Shown one piece after another: positions 24,965 through 32,000 of a DNA stretch of 32,000 nucleotides. Below the pieces are notes generated by a model that saw only the letters and a list, made by a program, of their open reading frames with translations, was not told where the DNA came from and made no database searches. A program made the position numbers and the translations under genes. This stretch comes from Halogeometricum borinquense DSM 11551 (GTDB lineage Archaea > Halobacteriota > Halobacteria > Halobacteriales > Haloferacaceae). Positions within the stretch are counted from its first letter, which is position 1. Each line of letters opens with the position of its first letter. The stretch spans positions 2,280,001 to 2,312,000 of the forward strand of contig NC_014729.1 in the NCBI RefSeq assembly GCF_000172995.2, read 5' to 3'.

Positions 24965-26026
24965 ATGCAGCGGTCCGTTCCGCAGACGTTCGACCGCGTC
25001 CTCTCTTCGATGTGTACCGACCCGCACCCGGCGGCGCGCGCCGCGGCGGAGCGGTTTCTCGCAACGAACCCCGGCGACCCTGCCACCTACGAGGAAGTTG
25101 CCGAGTTAGAGGCGGACGCCGTCGAAACACTGGGGAAAATAACCGGCCTCGCGGACCCCCACGGGTACATCACCAGCGGCGGGACCGAGGCCAACGTTCA
25201 GGCCGTCCGAGCGGCGCGAAACCGCAGTCGTGACCGCGTCTCCGATCCGAACATCGTCGCTCCTGAGAGCGCCCACTTCTCGTTCAACAAGGCCGCCGAC
25301 GTGTTGGACGTCGAACTGCGCCTCGTCCCGACAGACGAAACCCACCGGGCCGACGTTGACGCCGTCCGCGCCGCCGTAGACGACGAAACGGTGCTGGTCG
25401 TCGGTGTCGCCGGAACCACCGAGTTCGGCCGCGTAGATCCCATTCCAGAACTCGCCGCCATCGCTCACGACGCTGGAGCCTTCTGTCACGTCGATGCCGC
25501 GTGGGGCGGCTTTCTCCTCCCCTTCACCGACCACGCGTGGAATTTCGCGCACGCTCCCGTCGATTCGCTCACTATCGACCCGCACAAGTGCGGACAGGCG
25601 TGCATCCCGGCGGGCGGACTCCTGTTCCGCGACCGGAACGGACTCGACTCGTTGGCAGTCGAGACGCCGTACCTCGAATCTACTTCGCAGGCGACGCTCA
25701 CGGGGACGCGAAGCGGTGCAGGTGTCGCCTCCGCCGCGGCAGCGTTGGACGAACTGTGGCCCGACGGCTACCGCCACGAGTACGACCGCGTCTCTGACCT
25801 CGCGTCGTGGTTCGCTGGCGAACTGAGAACGCGCGGATTCGACGTTGTTGATCCCGAACTTCCGCTCGTCGCCGCCGACGTGTCCGAATCCACGTTCCAG
25901 GCGCTTCGAGACCACGAATGGCGCATTTCGCGCACGGACTCGGATCTACTCCGGGTCGTCTGTATGCCGCACGTCACCCGCGACACGCTCTCGGCGTTCC
26001 TCGCCGACCTCGACGCAGTCCGGTAA
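24965..26026 (+). CDS. mfnA: Group II PLP-dependent decarboxylase MfnA (tyrosine/aspartate decarboxylase type)
   Basis: 353 aa with the [10 protein letters not shown] motif. The PLP lysine is present in its usual context ([15 protein letters not shown]). Confidence 0.85.
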   Translation: MQRSVPQTFDRVLSSMCTDPHPAARAAAERFLATNPGDPATYEEVAELEADAVETLGKITGLADPHGYITSGGTEANVQAVRAARNRSRDRVSDPNIVAPESAHFSFNKAADVLDVELRLVPTDETHRADVDAVRAAVDDETVLVVGVAGTTEFGRVDPIPELAAIAHDAGAFCHVDAAWGGFLLPFTDHAWNFAHAPVDSLTIDPHKCGQACIPAGGLLFRDRNGLDSLAVETPYLESTSQATLTGTRSGAGVASAAAALDELWPDGYRHEYDRVSDLASWFAGELRTRGFDVVDPELPLVAADVSESTFQALRDHEWRISRTDSDLLRVVCMPHVTRDTLSAFLADLDAVR

Positions 26027-26135
26027 CTCGGCGGACGCCGACAGGCCGCGGACGCGACAGCGAGGATACGTTCGATTTCGGACGGATTTTCGAACCTCAA
26101 GACTTACATCGTCTCGTCGGGGAGGATCCGATATC

Positions 26136-26753
26136 GTGTCTCCCGCTATCGACGTGCTCTCGTCGGTCACGACTCCGGCGCTGCTGCTAGAGGGCGTCGC
26201 CGAACTCCTCGTGAACGGTGGTGTTGCGAGTATCTGGCCGGATTTTAGCTGGCTCTCCGCAGCGGTGGAGACGGCGACAGGATGGGTCGGGCTCGCTATC
26301 ATCTTCGTCTACTCCTTTCTCATCGCGTTCATCCTTCCCGGCGTGAGCGAAGTGGTCCTGTTCGCGCCGTTGGATTTAGGATTTCCCGACTACGTTCATC
26401 TCGGACTCATCATGGTGATCAGCGGCGCTGGGAAGGCTGCCGGGAGCGTCTTCGCGTTCCACATCGGACAGGAGGCCAAAGAGTCTGGATTCATCGAAAA
26501 GCGCCTTCGTCAGTCACGGTTCGACATCATGGAGTGGACCGAGCGAAAGACGCTCGAAATCGCCCAGAAGTGGGGCTACCTCGGACTCGCTGCGGCGCTT
26601 TGTGTCCCGGGATTCCCGGATACGCTGTCGATATACGCGTTCTCCATCCTCGAAAAAGACTACCTGAAGTTCGCCGTCGCCACGTTCACCGGGAGCATCG
26701 GTCGGCTAGTCGTTACCACCGTGACGCTCTCGGGCGTCGGTATTACGGTGTGA
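26136..26753 (+). CDS. DedA/VTT (SNARE-associated) family membrane protein
   Basis: ORF 25845..26753 trimmed to the first in-frame start after the mfnA stop, GTG 26136, which is preceded by ggagga at 26121-26126. Hydrophobic helices and the FILPGVSEVVLF motif are present. The start is uncertain; GTG 26154 is also possible. Confidence 0.65.
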   Translation: MSPAIDVLSSVTTPALLLEGVAELLVNGGVASIWPDFSWLSAAVETATGWVGLAIIFVYSFLIAFILPGVSEVVLFAPLDLGFPDYVHLGLIMVISGAGKAAGSVFAFHIGQEAKESGFIEKRLRQSRFDIMEWTERKTLEIAQKWGYLGLAAALCVPGFPDTLSIYAFSILEKDYLKFAVATFTGSIGRLVVTTVTLSGVGITV

Positions 26754-26769
26754 CTCGCTTCTCGCCTTC

Positions 26770-26792
26770 GCCCCGGAGGCAAGTCCCGGGGC
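26770..26792. terminator. 7-bp GC hairpin between the convergent DedA and AhpD-like genes
   Basis: gccccgg (26770-26776) pairs with ccggggc (26786-26792), with a 9-nt loop. It lies 17 nt after the DedA stop. Confidence 0.3.
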
Positions 26793-26876
26793 ATCCGCCT
26801 CGATTGTCGTGAACCGGGAAGGGTCAGCCAAATTCCCGCCGAAAAAGCCTCGAAGAGAAACGAGATAGCGACAGCC

Positions 26877-27278
26877 TCAGTCTCCAGCGGCTGTCGCCTG
26901 TTGCTCTTCGATGTATTCGACAATTTCGGACGTTTCCCGCTTGAACTCGTCGAGGTCGGCCTCCGATCCGTGAAGGACCGTAGAGAAGTACCGAACGGTC
27001 GCGGCGAGGTTCGTTGCCTCGGCGAGTTCCGTCTCGGTAACGTCCTCTAGTTTCGCCTCCTCGCGGTGGAAGTGGACGCAGTACGGGCAGTTCATCGCAG
27101 CCGCGGCCCCGAGTGCGACGAGCGCTTTCTCGCGGGGCGGTAGCTCCGTCTCTTCGAGTTCGAGGTCACGCACGATTCCCCAACTGTGGTCGCCAGCGGC
27201 TTCCGAGAGCAACTCAAGCCAGCTTGGAACCTGTCCGAGGTACTCTTCGATTTCCGCTTCCGTCTGTGTTGATACCAT
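26877..27278 (-). CDS. Carboxymuconolactone decarboxylase / AhpD-like family protein
   Basis: AhpD-type CxxC-H motif (NCPYCVHFH). I prefer the ATG at 27278 (MVSTQTEAEIEEY). The track start at 27287 is a GTG. Confidence 0.8.
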   Translation of the reverse strand: MVSTQTEAEIEEYLGQVPSWLELLSEAAGDHSWGIVRDLELEETELPPREKALVALGAAAAMNCPYCVHFHREEAKLEDVTETELAEATNLAATVRYFSTVLHGSEADLDEFKRETSEIVEYIEEQQATAAGD

Positions 27279-27563
27279 TGTCGTCACCTAGGTTTCGGCA
27301 TCTCTTCCCGGTACGGTGGATACGGTGCCGTAGCGTCGCTGAAACCCATGATCGACTACAACGCGAGCGTGGATAGGGATATTTCATATTGTCATGAGAA
27401 ACAGTGGCAAGTATTAGCAAGGGTTCGTCAGTAAAAACGGAGTACGCCCGACGACCCATGGATTTATTTGCCGCCATCGGCTATGCCGTTACGTGCCCGT
27501 CCATCCGTCCCGTTCGATGCGTATGCGACTTTTCTGAATAGCTCCGGGTGGACCCGACGTGCG

Positions 27564-27593
27564 GCCGCCGATTCGGTAATACGAGTCGTCGGC
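27564..27593 (+). other. 12-bp stem hairpin inside the long spacer upstream of metS
   Basis: gccgccgattcg (27564-27575) pairs with cgagtcgtcggc (27582-27593), with a 6-nt loop gtaata. The stem has one mismatch and one GU pair. Confidence 0.4.
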
Positions 27594-27771
27594 TGTGACG
27601 GCGAAACCTGATTCTACACGTATGCAGGCCGACCACAGCCTTACGAAACAGCGGGACTCACGCGAGCGGGAGCGAGTGTGACCACGTCGGAGAGAGCGAG
27701 GACGAGCGAAACGAGTCCGAACGGACCCGACGGGGTTTTGGTCTCGCCCACGAGAACCACCAGACACCATA

Positions 27772-29838
27772 ATGAGCCACGAAGATTTCCCCACAGAGAA
27801 CCCGGCGGTGGTGACGTGTGGATTGCCGTACGCCAACGGCGACCTGCACATCGGCCACCTCCGAACGTACGTCGGCGGCGACATCTACAGTCGCGCGCTG
27901 AAACGACTCGGCCAAGAGACAGCGTTCGTCAGCGGATCGGATATGCACGGGACGCCCGTCGCAGTCAACGCCGAGAAGGAGGGTGTCACACCCGAATCGT
28001 TCGCCCTCCGGCACCACGAAAAGTACAAAGAGACGTTCCCGAAGTTCGAGATCGAGTTCGACAACTACGGGCACACGCACGACGAGACGAATACGGAACT
28101 CACCCAAGAGCTTGTCCGGACCCTCGAAGACGAGGGCTACGTCTACAAGAAGCAGATTCCGGTCGCCTACGACCCCGACGCAGACCAGTGGCTTCCGGAC
28201 CGTTACGTCGAGGGCACCTGTCCGTACTGCGGCGAACACGCTCGCGGCGACGAGTGCGACGAGGGATGCGGACGACATCTCGAACCCGGCGAGATAGAAG
28301 ATCCGGTCTCGGCGATCACGGGCAACCCGGCCGAATACCGCGACCGGAATCACCGCTTTTTCCGCGTCACGGAACTGCAGGAGTACCTTCAGGAGTTCAT
28401 CGACCGCTTGGAGGGGACATCGAACGCGCAGAACCAGCCCCGCGAATGGATCGAAGGCGAACTGCAGGACTGGTGTATCACCCGCGATATGGACTGGGGC
28501 ATCGACTACCCGGGCGAGACCGAGGACGACTTAGTCCTCTACGTTTGGGTTGACGCCCCCATCGAGTACATCTCCTCGACGAAGCAGTACACAGAGCGCG
28601 CCGGTGCGGACACGTTCGATTGGGAGAAGGCGTGGAAAGAGTCAGGAGACATCGTTCACATCATCGGCCGCGACATCATCCAGCACCACACCGTCTTCTG
28701 GCCCGCGATGTTGCGCGCGACCGATCACGTCGAACCGCGCGCCGTCATGGCCTCCGGGTTCATCACGCTGAACGGGAAAGGCTTCTCCACGTCGCGTAAC
28801 CGCGCCGTCTGGGCCGACGAATACCTGGACGAAGGGTTCGACCCCGCGCTGATCCGCTACTATCTCGCCACGAACGGCGGCTTCCAGCAGGACGTTGACT
28901 TTTCGTGGGAGAAGTTCCGCAACCGCGTGAACAACGAACTCGTCGGCACGGTCGGCAACTTCCTCTACCGGTCGCTGCTGTTCGCCCACCGCGAGTACGA
29001 GGGTACGCCGGACGCCGATCTCTCTGCGGAAGTCAAAGAGCGCATCTACGACGCCATCGAGGAGTTCGAGGCGGGCGTGAACGACTACTCCGTCCGCGAG
29101 GTCGGCAACAGCGTCGTTCGACTCGCCCAATTCGGTAACGAATACATTCAGGGACACGAACCGTGGAAACTCGACGACGGCGCGGAAAAACGGCAGGTCA
29201 TCCGCGACTGTGTCCAGATTGCGAAAGCCATCGCCGTCCTCTTCGAACCCGTCGCGCCCGGTAAAGCGGAGAAGCTCTGGGACGACCTGAACGAAGACGG
29301 CGACGTACACGCCGTCGGCGTCGAGGCCGCACTCGACGCGCCCGCGACGACGTTCGACGAACCGTCGGAACCGTTCGAGAAAATCGACGACGAGCGCGTC
29401 GAAGAACTCAACGAGAAACTCCAAGCGCGCGTCGAGGAAGCGTCCGCGGAAACCGAAAGCGACGAGTCCGACGCCGAGGAGAGTGCAGACGTGACAGACG
29501 AACACGAACCCGTCCTCGAAGACCGAATCGGCTTCGAGGAGTTCCAAGAACTCGACCTTCGCGTCGCGGAGATTATCGACGCAGAGGGTATCGAAGGCGC
29601 AGACAAACTCGCCAAATTGACCGTCGATATCGGCGTCGAAGAGCGCCAGATCGTCGCCGGCATCAAGCAACTCCACGATCTGGACGAACTACCCGGCAAG
29701 AAAGTCATCGTCGTAGCCAACTTAGAGAAAGCCGAACTGTTCGGCGTCGAGTCGAACGGGATGGTACTCGCCGCGGGCGACCAAGCTGACCTCCTGACGA
29801 CGTACGAGGACGCCGAACCCGGAACGCGAGTTCAGTAA
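27772..29838 (+). CDS. metS: Methionine--tRNA ligase with C-terminal tRNA-binding (Trbp111/EMAPII-like) domain
   Basis: 688 aa. HIGH motif (DLHIGHL), Zn knuckle CPYCGEHARGDECDEGCG, an acidic linker, and a C-terminal OB domain (LDLRVAEI...KLAKLTVDIG...VANL). The KMSKS-equivalent loop reads GKGFSTSRN. Confidence 0.95.
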   Translation: MSHEDFPTENPAVVTCGLPYANGDLHIGHLRTYVGGDIYSRALKRLGQETAFVSGSDMHGTPVAVNAEKEGVTPESFALRHHEKYKETFPKFEIEFDNYGHTHDETNTELTQELVRTLEDEGYVYKKQIPVAYDPDADQWLPDRYVEGTCPYCGEHARGDECDEGCGRHLEPGEIEDPVSAITGNPAEYRDRNHRFFRVTELQEYLQEFIDRLEGTSNAQNQPREWIEGELQDWCITRDMDWGIDYPGETEDDLVLYVWVDAPIEYISSTKQYTERAGADTFDWEKAWKESGDIVHIIGRDIIQHHTVFWPAMLRATDHVEPRAVMASGFITLNGKGFSTSRNRAVWADEYLDEGFDPALIRYYLATNGGFQQDVDFSWEKFRNRVNNELVGTVGNFLYRSLLFAHREYEGTPDADLSAEVKERIYDAIEEFEAGVNDYSVREVGNSVVRLAQFGNEYIQGHEPWKLDDGAEKRQVIRDCVQIAKAIAVLFEPVAPGKAEKLWDDLNEDGDVHAVGVEAALDAPATTFDEPSEPFEKIDDERVEELNEKLQARVEEASAETESDESDAEESADVTDEHEPVLEDRIGFEEFQELDLRVAEIIDAEGIEGADKLAKLTVDIGVEERQIVAGIKQLHDLDELPGKKVIVVANLEKAELFGVESNGMVLAAGDQADLLTTYEDAEPGTRVQ

Positions 29839-29863
29839 GCGCAACTCCTGGCTTTCGGTCCGA

Positions 29864-29869
29864 TTTTTT
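29864..29869 (+). terminator. T6 run 26 nt after the metS stop
   Basis: The sequence reads TAA (29836-29838)...ggtccga TTTTTT gag. Confidence 0.5.
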
Positions 29870-29889
29870 GAGTTCAATCAGATTGTAGG

Positions 29890-30482
29890 GTGCAACTGCA
29901 CTACCTGTCGGGAACGACGCTGTGCACCGGGGGCATGAGAATCAGTTGGGATCTCTGCCTCACTCGTAGCCGTCGTCACTACGGCTTCAATTCATCGGCG
30001 TCCGTTCACCACGTCTCAATTCATCGGCGTCCGACTGCCACGAACCTGCGACGGGACTCGATCCGAACGGGGTTGCGAAACTCCAAGAACTAATCCAGAC
30101 CGCATCGCAAAGTGGGACGACGGTACTCGTTTCGAGCCATCGACTGGAACGTGTCGCCGCCGCCGCAGACCGTATCGGCGTCCTCATCGACGGCGACTTC
30201 GTGACTATCGACAGCGTCTCGGCAATCCGTGAGCAGACTGGTGCCACGATTGAACTTTCAGTCGAACTGGCCGAAGCGCGAGACGACGTCCGGCAGGCCA
30301 TCTCGGAGATTGAAGGTGTCGAAAACGTGGCCGCCTCCGAAACGGAATTACAGATCGTCTGCGACTCCTCAACGAAATCCACGGTACTCAACATGCTGGT
30401 GCGACACGGAGTAGAAGTCGTGGACTTCACCGCAAGCGAACCGGATCTCACCGACGCATTTCGAGAATTGACATTCTCTTGA
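29890..30482 (+). pseudogene. Remnant of an ABC transporter ATP-binding protein: N-terminally truncated and frameshifted
   Basis: From 30039 the reading frame with codon starts divisible by 3 gives HEPATGLDPNGVAKLQELIQTASQSGTTVLVSSHRLERVAAAADRIGVLIDGDFV... through to the stop at 30480-30482. This covers the D-loop, H-loop and C-terminal regulatory domain of an ABC ATPase. There is no Walker A, and no room for one after metS. The upstream part (ORF 29890..30093) is in another frame and is separated from it by a 29-bp tandem duplication. Confidence 0.65.
29974..30042 (+). repeat. Tandem duplication with about 29-31-bp period (2.3 copies) inside the ABC remnant
   Basis: tcaattcatcggcgtccg occurs at 29987-30004 and 30016-30033, an offset of 29 bp. 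The flanking CAC(N)ACG motifs (29976-29982, 30007-30013, 30036-30042) extend the periodicity. Confidence 0.85.
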
Positions 30483-30523
30483 ATTTTTATGGCCTGTTCG
30501 GCCCCGCTTCCGGCGGCAGATAG

Positions 30524-30542
30524 CATACATAGACTACGTATG
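30524..30542 (+). promoter_or_regulatory. 19-nt imperfect palindrome catacAtagActaCgtatg upstream of pykA
   Basis: 8 of 9 arm positions pair. It is AT-rich for this genome and lies 10 nt upstream of the TrmB-type box. Confidence 0.3.
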
Positions 30543-30551
30543 TGAACACCT

Positions 30552-30567
30552 TACTCGACTCCGAGTT
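30552..30567 (+). promoter_or_regulatory. TACTCG-actc-CGAGTt (TACT-N7-GAGTt, TrmB-type box) upstream of pykA
   Basis: It lies 41-56 nt upstream of the pykA ATG (30608), immediately upstream of the TATA-like cTTTTTAc (30579-30586). An extra TACTCG half-site at 30583-30588 overlaps that TATA-like box. Confidence 0.5.
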
Positions 30568-30607
30568 CATCATCGGGCTTTTTACTCGCTCGGCTGTAGT
30601 CGGTGCT

Positions 30608-32000
30608 ATGAGAAATGCGAAAATCGTCTGTACGCTCGGACCGGCGTCCGACGACCAGGCGACGATTCGGGCGCTCTCCGACGCAGGGATGAGCGTTGCC
30701 CGTCTGAACGCCAGTCACGGCACGCCGGAGCACAGAGCCGAGGTCATCGACCGCATTCGAACGGTTGACGACGCTACCACGGAACCACTCGCCGCGATGG
30801 TGGATCTACAGGGTCCCGAAGTGCGGACCGCACCCATCGACGAACCGATCCACCTCGACACGGGGAGCGAAGTCCGATTCATCGAAGGCGACGAGGCAAC
30901 GCCAGCGGAAGTCGGCGTCTCTCACCCCATCGATGCCGCCGAGAAGGGCGATACGATCCTCCTCGACGACGGACGCATCGAGGCCACCGTCGAACGCGTC
31001 GAGGGCGGCGCGGTCGTCGCCTACATCGACTCGGGCGGCGAACTCGGCAGTCGCAAGGGCGTCAACCTGCCGGGCGTCAAACTCGATATCGACCTCATCA
31101 CCGAGGGCGACCGGCGCGAACTCGAAGTCGCCGCCGAGAAGAACGCAGACTTCGTGGCCGCCTCGTTCGTCCGCTCTGCGGAAGACGTGTACACGATCAG
31201 CGACGCACTGGAGAACCTCGGCGCTGACATCCCCGTCGTGGCGAAAATCGAACGCGCGGGTGCCGTCGAGAACCTCGAAGAGATCATCGAGGCATCCTAC
31301 GGCGTGATGGTCGCCCGCGGTGACCTCGGTGTCGAGATGCCGCTCGAAGAAGTTCCGATCATTCAAAAGCGCATCATCCGCCGGTGTCACGCGACGGGCA
31401 CGCCCGTGATCACCGCCACGGAGATGCTCGACTCGATGGTTCACTCGCGGCGACCGACCCGCGCAGAGGCCTCTGACGTTGCCAACGCCGTCCTCGACGG
31501 TACCGACGCCGTGATGCTCTCCGGCGAGACGGCCATCGGTGACAATCCCGTCCGCGTCGTAGAGACGATGGACAGCATCGTCCGACAGGTCGAATCCAGT
31601 CCCGAGTACGGAGAGAATCAAGAGCAACACGTCCCGGTCGCCGAAGACGACTCCCGGACGGAAGCGCTCGCACGCTCCGCGCGGTATCTCTCCCGTGACG
31701 TGAACGCCAGCGCGATTGTCGCCGCTTCCGAGTCGGGGTACACCGCACGGAAGACCGCGAAGTTCCGCCCCGGCGTTCCCGTCGTCGCCACGACACCGAA
31801 CGACCGCGTGCGCCGTCAACTCGCGCTCTCGTGGGGTGTCATCCCCAAGTACGCCGACTACCGCGCCGGTATCGACGATATCATGGACGACGCCGTTGAC
31901 GCCGCTCTCGACGCCGACGTAGCCGACTCGGGCGATACGCTCGTCGTCCTTTCGGGGATGATGACCGAATTAGAAGGGACGAACACGACGAACATGCTCA
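30608..32000 (+). CDS. pykA: Pyruvate kinase (3' end beyond the right edge)
   Basis: Not in the track because there is no stop in the window. The frame is open from ATG 30608 to the window end: MRNAKIVCTLGPAS..., NASHG, MVDLQGPEVR, KIERAGAV, MVARGDLGVEMP, TEMLDSM, and so on. Confidence 0.95.
   Translation, partial: MRNAKIVCTLGPASDDQATIRALSDAGMSVARLNASHGTPEHRAEVIDRIRTVDDATTEPLAAMVDLQGPEVRTAPIDEPIHLDTGSEVRFIEGDEATPAEVGVSHPIDAAEKGDTILLDDGRIEATVERVEGGAVVAYIDSGGELGSRKGVNLPGVKLDIDLITEGDRRELEVAAEKNADFVAASFVRSAEDVYTISDALENLGADIPVVAKIERAGAVENLEEIIEASYGVMVARGDLGVEMPLEEVPIIQKRIIRRCHATGTPVITATEMLDSMVHSRRPTRAEASDVANAVLDGTDAVMLSGETAIGDNPVRVVETMDSIVRQVESSPEYGENQEQHVPVAEDDSRTEALARSARYLSRDVNASAIVAASESGYTARKTAKFRPGVPVVATTPNDRVRRQLALSWGVIPKYADYRAGIDDIMDDAVDAALDADVADSGDTLVVLSGMMTELEGTNTTNML

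Noticed and set aside
27483-27611. 42-aa ORF (MPLRARPSVPFDAYATFLNSSGW...) and the 131-aa antisense ORF 27489..27884 in the metS upstream spacer
   Set aside because: Neither has a halophilic composition or recognisable motifs. The 131-aa ORF is Arg-rich and overlaps the metS start on the opposite strand. The region is reported as an unexplained spacer instead.
28642-29676. 344-aa minus-strand ORF inside metS. Similar long antisense ORFs occur at 30806..31819, 19715..20473, 23663..24364, 25106..25915 and 2325..3143.
   Set aside because: All lie opposite genes with clear catalytic motifs. Their compositions are basic (Arg/Gly/Val-rich), unlike the acidic proteome seen in the confirmed genes.
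29987-30042. Direct repeats with roughly 29-bp periodicity, considered as a mini-CRISPR array
   Set aside because: There are only two full copies. The 'spacer' is 11 nt, the units are in-frame paralogous coding sequence of an ABC-ATPase remnant, and there are no cas genes. It is a tandem duplication.

Overview
GC-rich window whose proteins are strongly acidic, so this looks like core chromosome of a haloarchaeon (class Halobacteria). The order pykA, metS, mfnA, ppsA, sirR, egsA resembles what I recall for Haloferax-type chromosomes, but I cannot verify that here. I support about 29 protein genes, densely packed and mostly housekeeping:
- three metallo/serine peptidases (M28, S9, M42)
- a thiolase/DUF35 pair
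- methylmalonyl-CoA mutase B12 subunit plus MeaB
- halocyanin, a GT4 glycosyltransferase and a DUF420 protein
- G1P dehydrogenase
- a LysE exporter and a sirR-UPF0016 operon
- a ThrC-like protein
- PEP synthase, MfnA, MetRS and pyruvate kinase

I found no rRNA, tRNA, CRISPR array, transposase, integrase or recognisable defence island. The ORF track translates GTG/TTG starts as M and takes the longest ORF, so I trimmed several N-termini to internal ATGs. The many long ORFs antisense to real genes are GC-driven artefacts.

The points most worth a second look:
1. The ThrC-like protein has Leu where the PLP Schiff-base lysine should be.
2. A near-identical TACTCG-N4-CGAGTA palindrome (TrmB-type box) sits upstream of both opposing enzymes, ppsA and pykA.
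3. sirR and a UPF0016 transporter gene overlap, and a perfect TTAGAC-GA-GTCTAA palindrome lies in their promoter.
4. An ABC-ATPase gene remnant is frameshifted by a 29-bp tandem duplication.
5. The spacer upstream of metS is unusually long (484 nt), partly GC-rich and has no convincing ORF.

I do not see a clearly novel multi-gene system. The findings are single-gene or cis-element oddities, and all need database or experimental confirmation.
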